Shown: positions 23,747-45,000 of the stretch, in pieces
Numbering within the stretch: position 1 is the first letter of the stretch
Layout of the letters: each line of letters opens with the position of its first letter
Source: Paraglomus brasilianum
Taxonomy: Eukaryota
Direction of reading: 5' to 3'
DNA: 45,940 bases
Assembly: GCA_910592345.1 (NCBI GenBank)
Contig: CAJVPI010000175.1
Span: forward strand, 1-45,940
Program-made: the position numbers and the translations under genes
The notes under the pieces: model-generated
Told to the model about the DNA's origin: nothing
Databases searched by the model: none
Seen by the model: only the letters and a program-made list of their open reading frames with translations

Positions 23747-24683
23747 ATGGTGAGTGTGGGTGACAAGAAAGGGAAGCATTTATTAGGAATAGCTTTTGAT
23801 CTTACGATTAAGAGAGTAATAACTAGAAAAAAAAAAGCTTCAAGTCGGGTCTCGGTGACGCCACCAGTTACCATGATCAGTTTACTGCTACTGCAATCTG
23901 ACATGGAATTAATCAATCTAGTTGATGATAATACAACAACTCCATGCATTCCACCGTTGTTACCTCGTAACATACTCTCAAACACTCTTATTCTTGATGA
24001 TTTGTCTACCTGCTATTATCACTATGATAGACCAAAAAGAGAAGAAACAACGGCCGCAACAAGCACGGACGTGGCCACGTTAAGCCTGTTCGATGTTCGA
24101 ACTGTGCAAGATGTGTTCCAAAGGTAATTCTCATGTTTTGATAAAGCATTTTTTTAATCAACTAGAATAAGAATATCATGTGATTGCAACTCCACTGCAT
24201 ATTACTGATACATAAATGCTACTTTTCTAGGACAAGGCAATAAAACGCTTTACCATACGTAATATGGTGGAAAGTGCAGCGATCCGTGATATTACAGACG
24301 CATCTGTTTACCCTGGTTAGTTTGTCACTTCAAATAAGGGATGAACTTCAAATACTGGAATATTTGAGAATTTTGGCTTATAATTGTTCTTATTCATAGA
24401 ATACGCTCTGCCAAAGCTATACATCAAGCTTCATTACTGTGTATCATGTGCTATTCACTCACATGTGGTCAGAGTGAGATCACGAGAGGGACGCCGTAAG
24501 CGAGATCCACCACCACGAATTCGCTATAATAAGGTACAGTACATAAATCCAGCAAGTCAAGCTTTGTAAAAGAAAAGGAAACCGTATTTTTTCCCCCTTC
24601 CCTTGTTATAACAATACCATACCATATTTATATAGGATGGTAAAAAAATCAACCCGAACGTCACGCAAAAGTCAACATCATAA
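23747..24683 (+). CDS. RPS26: 40S ribosomal protein eS26; exons 23747-23749 (ATG only), 24031-24123, 24231-24315, 24400-24532, 24636-24683
   Basis: [46 protein letters not shown]...|[28 protein letters not shown]...|DGKKINP. Confidence 0.96.
23780..23906 (+). ncRNA. Candidate intronic H/ACA-like snoRNA or structured element in RPS26 intron 1
   Basis: Hairpin 1 (TTATTA/TAATAA plus CTTTTGATC-TTAC-GATTAAGAG), then an ANANNA box AGAAAA at 23825-30, then hairpin 2 (GTCGGGT/ATCTGAC, GGTGAC/GTTACC), then ACA at 23901-3. Confidence 0.35.
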
Positions 24684-24950
24684 CCTGGCTAGAAAGGTTC
24701 GCTCAGATCTTGTTAAAAAGCTTGCTAATGCAAGCATTCGAATACACAGAATTCGCTGGGTGCCGTCACCGTGCTCTAGTCTTTATTACGCATTGGCATC
24801 GCAATAAAATCATACTTGATCGCTGATCAAATGTATCTCTTTAGGGATTTGAATGCCTGCTTAGTCTAGCATATGAATTAAAATCTATATGATTCATAAA
24901 TTAAACCAAGTATTAAAAATACAGATAAATGATGAATAGATTACAACTGT

Positions 24951-29871
<4,921 letters not shown>

Positions 29872-31118
29872 GTTAAATGCTATGGGAGAAAGGAATGTAG
29901 GGTATTAATTGTTGTTATAAGATTTTGCCAAATGATAGAGAATGAATAATAATAATTATTATTTATATTATCAGTTGTAAATCAAACGCTTACTCGGGGA
30001 CACAACCTGAGCAGGACCGCAGCAGGTAAGTATGGTTGTCAATGCGCGGCCAGGAAATAGCGATGCTCTAAGGTTCATTCACTAAGGTTGGAAGAGTACA
30101 TACTGTATCTACGCTGACGGGTCGTTTTATTTATTCTTTTTGGTGTTGTGGGGACTGCTTACACCCGTATTACGATAACGCCGCCTAAGGAGGAAAAAGG
30201 TAATTAGCATAATTCGGCATATTAATATGATTACCATTTTGCATGCCAGCAGATACAAGGGCCCAAAAAGTATGAAAGCCATAACACATAAAGCGCGCAA
30301 CGAACCGTTTTTGTTAACATCAGTACTAGCATCTCAATTAACTTCATACCATTACAGTAAGTTTTATTTAATTACACGTTTTAATATTAAAGAAAGCAAT
30401 AATAATAACAAATTAGTGCACACAAAATCAATTAGTAAAGCATATTAATATGTAAACTATTCATTTCCGAATTCTCCTTGTATCCAGCAACTGTACTTCC
30501 AGAATAAACTATTAATAGTACAAATTACAAGTTTGCTCTGACATCGAGGAGCATCTCGAAATTGTTCACTCGTACGCTCATTCCCGAATTTTGTCAGTAG
30601 ATTGGGTTTCATCGTTAACACAGTCTAATCTGGTCATAATGACTCAATCGTATGGGTACCTGATACGTGTCTCGGTCATGAGTTATAGCCGGCAGTCCTA
30701 CAACTCTAATCTTAAATAATATTGTGAAAATAGCAAAAGAGTAGTTCTAATAACAATGTTCCCGTATTTATAGCAAGTGTAATTTAATTTATACAGTTCA
30801 AAAAAAATTAACATACGTATAAAGTGCATTAGACAATTTTGTCGCCTACTAACATTTCTAAGTAGAACTCATGTAAGCCTACACGAATTGATGGTTATAA
30901 CTATACATAATAAAATGCTGACTAGCTACATATTAACACCAGCCGTGAATGTCGAATAATTATTTCTATGCCTACAGATACAGAGTCCGATCGTATTAGA
31001 ATCAGCATTAATATTATGTCAAACGCTTATTATTATTCAGATTTTTGGTTGGTGACCGGAAGAACATCATTGCTCAAAATAGGACCTGATTATCATCCAG
31101 CTACCAACTATTTTGCAA

Positions 31119-32000
31119 ATGTCTCAAGCTATTGGCAAGGTAAAATGCGTTCAATATACTAACCGGCCTGTTGCTCTGTTTGTATCCATTGCTTATTTAT
31201 CTTTCATAAATTGATCTAAAAGACAGCACTAGCTTATGCGCGAGTATGGCATCTTGTAGATGCAAAGCAACGCATACTCGGTCGCTTAGCTACACAAATT
31301 GCAATAACACTCATGGGCAAACATAAACCAATATATGATCCAGCATGTACTTCTCATTAACGACCTATGCTTCGCATGCAGTTTACACAACTTTTAGCAA
31401 TGCTAACTGTGCTCTATATCATATAACTTTACAATGGACTTGGCATTGTAGCGGATTGTGGAGATTATGTGGTAGTCATAAATGCAAAAGAAATTGCAGT
31501 AACGGGTCGGAAAGCCGAACGAAAGTTATATAGACACCATACTGGATATCCCGGTGGGCTGAAAGAAATTAATTTCAATCAGTTGCAACAGAAGAAACCA
31601 GAAGAGGTTAGATATCTCCACTTGTTTTTGTTGTTTTTGTTTTTTTTTTCGTATATACCCAATCCACTCATTTTATTCTTTGCAGATAATTCGAAAAGCA
31701 GTTTCCGGCATGTTACCAAAAAATAAATTACGGAATGACAGACTGGCTAGGTTGCTCATATTCCCGGATGAGAAACATCCGTATGAGCATAATATCATGA
31801 AAATTCATGACCCCGAACTGGCAAGAATTCTCGCGCCAGAAGGGATTGATCACAAGGCAACGGAAAAGCCAAATATAGAGACGACATCTTCACCGGCGAG
31901 CAATATAGCAAAAGACAATTTGATAAGCGGAAATAACACGAAGATATCTCGGCCATACAGAACTTGGCCCAAGAATCCCAAGGCATATATTCCACAATGA
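31119..32000 (+). CDS. MRPL23: Mitochondrial ribosomal protein uL13m (yeast MRPL23), 4 exons
   Basis: [60 protein letters not shown]...[13 protein letters not shown]...[19 protein letters not shown]. Confidence 0.94.
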
Positions 32001-32128
32001 CAACATAATGCAATGATAAAATGAATTCATACGAGTTTTATCAATGCAAGGTTCTGGGGAGTGTTATTAAATGACAAGACGGCAGGCAGGTGATATCTGC
32101 AAGCCTTTTATAATGCATTTCCCTGATT

Positions 32129-33350
32129 TCAATATCTAGCCGCGTTCCTTATGTTATTCCAATACCGTAATTGAATAGTGAGTTTTTTGGCGAGAGGATA
32201 ATCTTTGTTTTTGAACGCTTTAGAAATGTCCTCGACCAAAGAATTCATTCGTGCTGCACAGTTCAAATTCGAAAAAAAAAAAAAAAATCAATATATGCCA
32301 GGCTTATCTCGTTTTTACTCTTTTTATTACCTTCGCTCCCATCTTGCACGACTTTTGCCTCGTCTTCATTACTGGCGCCCTCCAACTGTTCTCGTGCTTC
32401 TAAAACTTCCATAAGTAGCTCAGGATCGTCTACCGATTCAGCTTCATCAATCGTAACATTATTCAATTCTAGCTGATAATGTTATTATGAGTAAGGAAGT
32501 TTTCTTACAATGAACGGCAGCCCATGTCGCTGGGTTTGCCAGAACGAGCTTTGACACGGGAGTTGCTCATTCATTTACAATAAATGTACTCTCTTACCAT
32601 GTATAATGACCTTTCGATAGGATCTCGTAATGTTTGGTAGGCCTTGTTTATCATCGATGACTGCTGCTGTGCGTATGCGTACTCTTTCTGTGGAAACGCA
32701 ATATTACACAGTTGAATATTATTACTTGTTCGAACAATCGCCTTCAAAGCCTTCCCATTCGTTCACCTGGTCTTTCTGAGAATAACCGTCTGGATGTACG
32801 CGCTGTTGAAGTGTCAAGAAATTACGGCGTAATTCGCCCATATCAATGTCATATGTAGGTTGATTACTGCAACGAGTGTGCGATGAGTTTTACTTTCTAT
32901 ATCCAATGCTCCAACGCCCTAGCAATCTATTAATAAATCTGAAAGAGATCATTCCTGGACTGACCGTGTTCCATCATCCTCTCCAATTCCCATGAGTTCA
33001 AAATATGTCACATCTCCAGGGAATGCTTGAATTGCACCACAGTCTGCACGCTCACAATGCAGTGACAGGCGATCCATCTCTATATTACATTTCCAACAAT
33101 GTCGTTTGGCGTCTGTCGAGGAGGTAGGGATGTCTGTAATGGTGTGAGACTGCATTACATAGTTACGGAAAGGCGATATTGACCAGTATGATAGAACTGA
33201 CTTTGGCAGGACTACTGTATGAAGGATAGTAGTCGGATACAGTTTTACATTATTTGATCGTATTTGATGACGGTTGCGAGCGCTGAATGCTGAGGGTCGA
33301 AGGAAATATCGTAACACACGATATGCAACAAAGTTTGGGTGAAGCATCAT
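32129..33350 (-). CDS. JAC1: Mitochondrial Fe-S co-chaperone JAC1/HscB (HSC20) with an N-terminal tetra-Cys domain, 5 exons
   Basis: Presequence, CWKC...C...C..IQ, TYFELMG, J-domain LQQRVHPD, SSMINKAYQTLRDPIERSLYM, DPELLMEVLEARE and QLRYWNNI. First stop is TGA at 32129-32131. Confidence 0.93.
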
Positions 33351-33427
33351 CCTTCACTTGTTGATGATCACAAGCAACGCAAAAATTCATGTGTTGATCT
33401 TTTTACATCAATTTCTCCCTCACTACA

Positions 33428-33942
33428 ATGTCTACTCTTTCGTTATATAAGTTTGTCGCAAAACGCCCCTTTCTCACAAATCTGCTGAAGCCGGTCGCCA
33501 ATTCATATGCAAACCTCTCGGGTTATAGGAAGCTCGGTGTGTATTTCCTGACAAAGGCTTTTCTTCTTCTTTAACTAATTACTCACAGTGGTAAATTCAT
33601 CCTAAAGGCCTAAGGTATGATGACATTATAATGGAGGAGAACGAGACAGTTCAGAAGGCATTGAAACGCCTTACAGTTGAAGAAGAGAACAGTCGAGTTA
33701 TGCGTTATCGGATTGCTTTTCAACAGAGTCTACAGCAGACTATTTTACCAAAGGAACAATGGACAAAGCCCGAAGATGTATGTTACTATCGCGAATCTTT
33801 TTTTTTTCCTGGCGATCAAGCTAATGCTTGTTTATATCTACATTTATAGGATATCAGATACTTGACCCCACATATTAACGAGGTTGTTGCGGAAGAGAAG
33901 GAGCGGGAAGCGTTTGATGCTTTGAAGATTATAAAGAATTGA
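33428..33942 (+). CDS. QCR7: Cytochrome bc1 complex subunit 7 (UQCRB), 3 exons
   Basis: LKPVANSYANLSGYRKL|GLRYDDIIMEENETVQKALKRL...ILPKEQWTKPED|DIRYLTPHINEVVAEEKEREAFD. Confidence 0.95.
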
Positions 33943-34494
33943 CGATTCGAAAATAAAGATAACAGTCCGTTCTTTGATTATAATAACCCTTGGAATAAAT
34001 TAATAATTCAATAGTCTTGCGATAAAGACTTTCCCTATACATGTGAATTCCATGTACAATGTCTCTCAAGACATTGTCACATATATGGACTCGTATATCA
34101 TAGTTTCGCATAGCAATAACATATTCAATATGTGTTGTCTTTGTTACCATTGATGCTTCATTAAAAATATTTATTGAAGACGTGTTAGCGATAACGTTCT
34201 GGTCTCTGAACACAACGTGTATACAGTTTCGTAATAGGTATCTAAATATAACAATAATCCAAATAAGGCTTACCAACATCTCTGCGTCTCAACGACTCCA
34301 CAAGGCGTGACTTCAAAGTCATATTGCAGATCTCATATGTGAAGTAACTCACAATAGTGGTCGTAATTGTCATCTACATCATCGTTGGAACATAAGCTCT
34401 TTCCCTTACAACCTATCCATAACATTGGTGTTATCCTCTTTATTTCAAAATCGACGATATGCCCTGTAACCTATAAATAATGCAATACTACAAA

Positions 34495-35433
34495 TTACGT
34501 AGCCTTAGTGGGATCATAAGTTTTTCTATATTCGGCCTTCTCTACTTTTACTTCACCATCAATTAATTGATAGATATATGTTACTACGACTGATCCTTGG
34601 ATATCCATCAACACGAAAGAAGGCTTCACTTCCCTAAAGAACAAAGGGAATTGTTAGCGTAAAGTTGTTGTCTCCTTCTATTCGTATTTAGTAAACTTAC
34701 TCCGCACTAAATCCAGAATAAGCTCCAGTTGCACTCCCTGGATTGACAAAAAACTTCCCCTCGTATTCAAATGCCTCAAATCGATGAGTATGTCCTGTCA
34801 ATAAAATATCAACGTCCATTTGTCGAGCAACTGTTGAAAGAGACTCGGTGTCGCCTACTGGAATCACTTGGTGTCCATGCAGTACACCAATACGCAATGG
34901 GCCATGAGTTATGATTTTCGAAAGAGGCCAATTGGCGAACTAGACATTACAAAGAGGGTGAAAATTAGCGCTTACGAAAAGGCTTGCACCATAATTGAAG
35001 ATTTGAACCTGCGAATATTTACTTACCTCATCATAGTCACCTCGCACAATATGAATATCAGCCGCTACCGTTCTTAAATAGTCAAAGGTCTCCTTGTCAC
35101 AAACATTCCCTGTACAGATAATTTGTTGTATCTTCCCAGGAACCTGAATCGATTTCCACAGACATAATATAAATTACTTCCTTTTTTTCCATTAAACCGC
35201 AAGTATATCTTCGTCATACCAGATCATACAACCAATCATACCAATAACTTCTTAAATTTTAATGGTAGGTCATGAACACGGTAGGGAACATGAAGATCGC
35301 CTATGACCAAAACCAGCTGCTCATAAGGTATGATATATCAGTTAGTTGGGTTTGTAGAATCTGCATTTTAAATATTACCCATTTCAGAAGCAAAGATAGA
35401 AACTATGTACATTGCGGAAGAACTTACCACCAT
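34495..35433 (-). CDS. VPS29: Retromer subunit VPS29, multi-exon
   Basis: [45 protein letters not shown]...VRGDYDE|...[13 protein letters not shown]...[25 protein letters not shown]|...[10 protein letters not shown]. Confidence 0.96.
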
Positions 35434-35597
35434 GATTCCGAGTCGTTGAGAAGAAGAGGTATGTTGGAGGTATACGTACATTGTGATTGGATTATCATCG
35501 ATCCGTTTGTGTAATATCTTCGACCAATAAAATTCGATTTACAAAACTTTTATGTCTACTACCAGGTTAAAAACTCTCTCTTAGCTAAAGTAAGACG

Positions 35598-39300
<3,703 letters not shown>

Positions 39301-40006
39301 ATTGGTCAAATACTGAATAGAAATAAACACGTAGACTTACAGGTAATCTATTATTAAAAACTAGTAGTAAAAACTTTCTGAGAAGGGATGCATAATTTCT
39401 AAACTCCCATTACTCAGATGGTATGGCGTAGTCCCTTTTTATTTCAAACCGAGTGTAATGGACAGTACACAAATGCATTCCTACTTGATTGAATCAGACA
39501 TTTACACGGTGTTGGTATAGAAGTATCGGCATTACTGTTCCTTCCAAGGATAGCAAGCGAATGTCATGATCAGAAGGACTGTCTAGTTGTAATATAAGAC
39601 TTGCTCTTTAGCTATGAAAAGTGGTCCAAATTTTATCTTCTCTATTAGTACTCTTGTTCGAAACTTGGTGTACAAGAAATTTTGATTGCCTTCATGGCAT
39701 CTACATGACAAAATCAAATAGCCTGCTAGACGCGATTATTCCAGATTCCAACATGGCGTGCGGTGTGTTTCTTTTATCAAGAGCTTTGAAACTTCCAGCT
39801 CATCTACTAGTCTGTTAGACTCCCTTGACATGAAGAAAAGTACTGAAAGATATCGATGCCATTGGTTTCGATAATCAGGAAGATGAGTCTATTTCTTTAT
39901 AATGTAAAATACAAAATAGTAATCAAGGCATTCGATATGACTTCATAAAGTCCAAACCATCTCACGTACGCGAGAATAACTTTGGCGAGGGAGGCGTCTT
40001 TAATTA

Positions 40007-41290
40007 CTACAATCGTCCCTTGAACAAAGTCTTAAAGTTGTTGTTATGGAAGAACTTATCTACAATCATTGGTTCGACTATAGGCACCAAGCTTTTCCAT
40101 TTATTCTTCTTAGCACCTGCATAAATCTTAGCACCCCACCCTTTTATCGTCGCCAAATCTTGATCCGCTTCACTTTTTGAGTAGGAAGTGAACACGCAGG
40201 GAATATCCTTCTCGATTAAACAATGAACTGTCGGCATCCAGAGTTCCGTATCGTCTTCGTACAGACCAGAGTTAAAGCCGACTGCCAAATGAGGTGTTAG
40301 AAACTCTGATGATTGGACGTATTCATGGTATGCTCCCTTGAAAAACACAATATTGCGTGTCCTTTTAGCTTCTGTACACAGTGAGCAACAGTCTACGGAA
40401 ACATTCTTGCTATCTGGTATGTCAAACCCTATAAGCACCATTCGCAAGGTTTTGAAATCAGGCAAGACGTGCATCAGTTCTTCGTAAGCCATCAACGACA
40501 TTATCTCAAACTGTGCAGCGCCGAGTATGTGAATAACAAGTTCTTCCAACGAATGCAATGTGTTTTTTTTATAAAACCGCTCCAATGCTTCAAGAACGGT
40601 TAATGGTCCAGACAGAGAATGTGAAGCTACACGTGCGTATTTTGGGATAAAAGATGGTGCCTTACGCCAAGCAAAGTATGCATCCCAGTCTGCAGGCAAT
40701 GGTGGAAAAGATTTCGACTTGTCCCATGTCTCTGGAGCCCATAACACTCCCTCACCACCCCGTTCGTACTGTATCATATCGCACTCAACCACCTGTTCGT
40801 ACGTCTTACAAAGCGCTTGATGCTTGGAGCGATGAATGTCCCAATGTTCATTAGAGCAACATGCAACTACTCTGCAATTTGAGCAGGGGATAAACTTTTG
40901 CGGACTTGTCAATTCCAAGGGTGTCAGGAAACATACTTGACATTTAGGCTGAAAGAACAAGAAATTTTTTTCTGCAGCGGTAGCTGGCCTGTCTAGTAAA
41001 TCGTCTAATAGACGAATGTGTTGAACGATGCGTTTATTCCATTCAGACTCGCCTTCACAAGGCCACCATGACTCTTCCAAATTTGCAAGATCATACAGTG
41101 CTAAGCAAAAGTGCTTGTGATCAGGAAAATCTATTTTTTGACATTGTTTTGAGCAATAATATGACATACGGCATCTCGCGCAACGCAGAAGAGCTGGGAC
41201 GTTGGCTTCATGACTTGTCTTGCAACAACTAGAACAAGCTATTCCTTTAATTTGAAGTAGAGTTTTGCGCTTTCGCAGGTCTTGTTTCAT
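40007..41290 (-). CDS. MYND zinc-finger protein with an MSS51-like C-terminal domain (intronless, 427 aa)
   Basis: C..C...LLRCARCRMSYYCSKQCQKIDFPDHKHFC, a second MYND-like Cys/His cluster, LSGPLTVLEAL, LVIHILGAAQFE, PHLAVGFNSGL, W.PT...L....IPCVFTSY and NKWKSL. Confidence 0.85.
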   Translation of the reverse strand: MKQDLRKRKTLLQIKGIACSSCCKTSHEANVPALLRCARCRMSYYCSKQCQKIDFPDHKHFCLALYDLANLEESWWPCEGESEWNKRIVQHIRLLDDLLDRPATAAEKNFLFFQPKCQVCFLTPLELTSPQKFIPCSNCRVVACCSNEHWDIHRSKHQALCKTYEQVVECDMIQYERGGEGVLWAPETWDKSKSFPPLPADWDAYFAWRKAPSFIPKYARVASHSLSGPLTVLEALERFYKKNTLHSLEELVIHILGAAQFEIMSLMAYEELMHVLPDFKTLRMVLIGFDIPDSKNVSVDCCSLCTEAKRTRNIVFFKGAYHEYVQSSEFLTPHLAVGFNSGLYEDDTELWMPTVHCLIEKDIPCVFTSYSKSEADQDLATIKGWGAKIYAGAKKNKWKSLVPIVEPMIVDKFFHNNNFKTLFKGRL

Positions 41291-41346
41291 AGCAAAAAAG
41301 GTTTTACTGGTAGATCAAATAATTTGGGATCTTGTGACTTCAAATA

Positions 41347-41498
41347 CAAGTGAAACTCGATATAAGAAAGTTGATCTAAAAAATAGTCTATGAAACTATC
41401 TCTATATAAGAAAGTTACTAATAAACTCTCGGTATAAGAAAGATTCTAAGGTTTTTTACTATGGGTCCCGATCACTCTCTTATATCGCGAGCCACTTG
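41347..41498. mobile_element. Tc1/mariner-pogo-like MITE upstream of the MYND gene
   Basis: TA-CAAGTGAAACTCGATATAAG at the left and CTTATATCGCGAGCCACTTG-TA at the right (imperfect TIRs, TA both sides). Three CTC..TATAAGAAAG repeats and a GGTCCC motif inside. Confidence 0.7.
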
Positions 41499-42021
41499 TA
41501 TCTGCAATAGTTGGGTTATTATCATAATAATAAATAGACACGACGGTATAATCGTTAACAAGTTCAGACTTGACGGATAATTTTTGCGAAATGATAATTC
41601 TATTGATCTTGTGACATTTGGAGTGTGGTAACCCCTTCTCGTGAAACTTCTTTACAAAGCATGAATTCCATTGATACATCGTGCTGGATTCAAACTTCTA
41701 CAAGACTGACGTCCTCCCCGTCCATTATGACTCTTGTGTAATTTGCTAATAATTGCTAGATCATATTACTTAAATCTAAGCTATTATAATACTTACGACA
41801 GAGTCGTCAGCTTCTTGTTAGATGACATTTGGCCGCACGCTTTAAATTAATATAATAATAAATAAATGGCCTAACAGTAAGCTTAACGCGTGTTGTGACT
41901 ATTACAGGAGCTAAATGACAGAAGTTATATATGTGAATAAGTCTATTTTCTATTCGTTCTCGCCTTTTTATTTTACGTTTCTTGATTCAAGTCTTCTGTA
42001 AGCCATACCGGATTTGAGAAA

Positions 42022-45000
42022 TCAACCAATATCCTCTTCATCCCAAGCCCATTCTGACGTTTCATCTTTAACTTTTACATTCCCGGTTTTATTCCCCTTG
42101 TCCTGCTTCGTTTCAGTAATTCCTGTTTCATTCTGTTCTCCCTCTTCTTTCTCTTCCTCCCGTTTCACATCTTTATCAGTGTCTCTTTCTCCCTCAGTTA
42201 AATCTTTCTCTCCCTTTCTATCAACATCCTTTTCTTTTTGTGCTTGCATTTTCTCCTCTGCCTGCCCCCTTGTTTCTTCTATTTCTTTATCGACACCTTG
42301 CTTCTCCTCATTACACTCGCTATCGTCAGCAATTTCACCGTCTTCTGGTGACGATTCTGTAAGTTTGTCTTCGGTGATCGATTGCTGACTATTATTATTA
42401 TCGTTGATATGACTGGTAGATGATGTAAGTAAAGTGCCTGGGTTTACGTGGATGGTAGACATGTCATTTTCGTCCATGATTTCGATTAGTTCTATTGGTG
42501 GCGTAGAGGCAGTGTGGTCAGACGGATGTTTGCTCGGCAATGAAGAATTATTCTCATTATCGATAATTTCGTTTGCATCTGTCATCACGATATCAGTCGT
42601 CCCAGTAGGCGTAGTCAATTGGCTTCGTAACTTCGATTCTTGCTCTCTCGCGTTCTCAAAATCGTCTTCAGCCTCGTCTGCATCATCATCAGTGACTTTC
42701 CTCTCCTCTCCCACTTCCTCTCTTTCCTCTTCCCCCTCTTTTCCTCTTTCCTCTTCACGCTTCGAAGCAGTCCATGAATCCAATTGCTTAACAAAATTAT
42801 CGTCGTCTTCTTCTGGACCCAAGCCTTCTAATATCTCTAATAATAATTCGTACTCTTGACATGACTTCTCGTATAGCCGTATCTTTTCTTGAGTATGAGT
42901 CGTTAAATGTGAGGTTATTGCAGAAAGAGTAGAATGCAGACGGTGATGAAGAGGGCTTATGTTGACCGAGGAAACGGCAGAAGGTAAAGTTGTTGGAGGA
43001 AAATTGGAAGTTGGGGAAGAGGACGGAGAAAAAATGTAAGAGTGATCATAATGATGAGAATGAGGAATAGGATAAGTTGGTGGACTTGTGCGAGGGAAAG
43101 TTGTTGGTGAATAATAGGAGAAAAAAGATGACACGTGCGGCGAGAGATCGATGGGTGATATTTGTGACGTGTAAAGACTATAAAAATTAGTTGCGGAAGA
43201 AAAATAAATCAGTATCTGAACTTTCAGGGTGTTTAACACGTGATTCAATTTCTCTTTCCTACCTATGCTCTATAAAAGAATTATGTAAATATTCCGATCC
43301 TTGACCGGATATTATGGTTAGAGGAACAGGGATCACACAATCGCCATGATTTGTTCTGGCCTATATAACAAGATTAAAATTCAAACACGTGAGGATATTA
43401 TGAATATTCCCTGTTCATTATTCGCGCGTATCGATTACATGCTTACAGTTTGTACTAAAAATCTTCTTACCTTTTTACTGCTCCCAATATTATTATTGTC
43501 CTCTTTTTGCCTTTTCCCTTTACTGACACCTTCTCCTTTTCTTCCCCAGTCATTCTTTGACGATTTCATTCTGTCCATATCGGTCGTGCTCGCTCTTCTA
43601 CTTCTAGGCCTGCGACCCGTTGCGCTTGGGTTAAGATCGTAACCAATTGCTGTCGGCTGTGCGTCTAAATGCATATCAGAAGTACTCGTTGGTGATGACA
43701 AATAAGGATGAGGTTGAGGAGACGGCGTGTGAACGATTGGAGTTTGTTTTGAATGTGACGCAGTTGGATCATCAGAAGTAAATGGACTTGGATTAGGAAT
43801 TGGGGAGGCAAGTTCAGAGACAGTTGATTTATCATTGACGTTGCCATTATTATCACTAGAAACACCGTTATCTCCATTATCACCAGTAATAACACTACTG
43901 TTGTCATTGCCATTACTATTGCCATTACTACTTTCCGTTCGTTCCTCTTCAGTTTCCTCTCTTATCTGCCCTTCTATTTCTTCTGCTTCTTCTTCGTCCT
44001 CTTCCTTCTCTTCGTCGACTTCCAAAAATTCATCCAATTCTTTGTCGATTCCGACGTCCACTATGTCTTCCACATCATCGTCTAGTTTTCCCATCAATTC
44101 CAACACTTCCTCGTATGTTGGTGCTGATACAAATGCTTCGGCAGTGGCAGACGTTAACGGTTGGATCGCATGTATAGAGGAATTGAGTGCGGCGTGTGAA
44201 GATGTGTAGGGCGAGAGAGGAGACGACGGCGAGGCAAGATGAAATAAATGAGAAGAGCGATTATATGAGAGGATTGGACGGATTATTAAACCGATTAGGT
44301 GTTGAAAAAGCGAGGTACATTCTTGGGAAAGCTGGGTAGCAAATACTGGTACGTCGCAGTCTGTGAAAAAGAATATGGTATGGGGAAAATAAGAAAAGAG
44401 AAGAGAAAGAGAGGAGAAAAGGAAAAAGGAAGAAGGAAAAAAAAGCGAGAGGTTATGAACAAGTTTTGAGAGAGGGCGAAAATGTAAATGGAAAGAGAAA
44501 AAGAAATTATTCGGTAGCATTATTTTTGGATATTGGATACGTTATTACATATGTATCGTTAGTGAGTGTATAAAAACACCTCTCATGCACACATCCATGT
44601 ATTAACCTTGTCTTTACCGGTATGGTTTGGAATATAATTAGCAGTGATTACTTTCAACATTGCAGCATGGAAAGTGCGAAAATACGATGACGCTATGTGC
44701 GTTGGGTCATGACGGTCCACTATATCCGGAGTTGGCGCCTGAGAAAGGAAGATGGAGGACAAAAGAGAACAAAGATCCCAGTGGTCAATAGAATAGTAGT
44801 CGAAATAAAATTCCAAAGCATAGTCATGACTGACATCAAGTGTACCTTTGCCATAATGAATATAGTTTCGCGACATTCAATTAAGGTTCCTAGTTTACTC
44901 GCATACTCACCACATACCATCCAAGTACTGTGTTGCCTTTCCATCTTATAAACTTTGCTATTGTATTAACAAGATCGGAAGACGATCTATAGGGGAGGAA

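Noticed and set aside
23711..24127. 138-aa plus ORF and 97-aa minus ORF over the start of RPS26
   Set aside because: They run through RPS26 intron 1 and exon 2 in non-coding frames.
24174..24210. C/D-box-like ATGTGA...CTGA in RPS26 intron 2
   Set aside because: Too short (about 35 nt), and the CTGA is probably the branch point.
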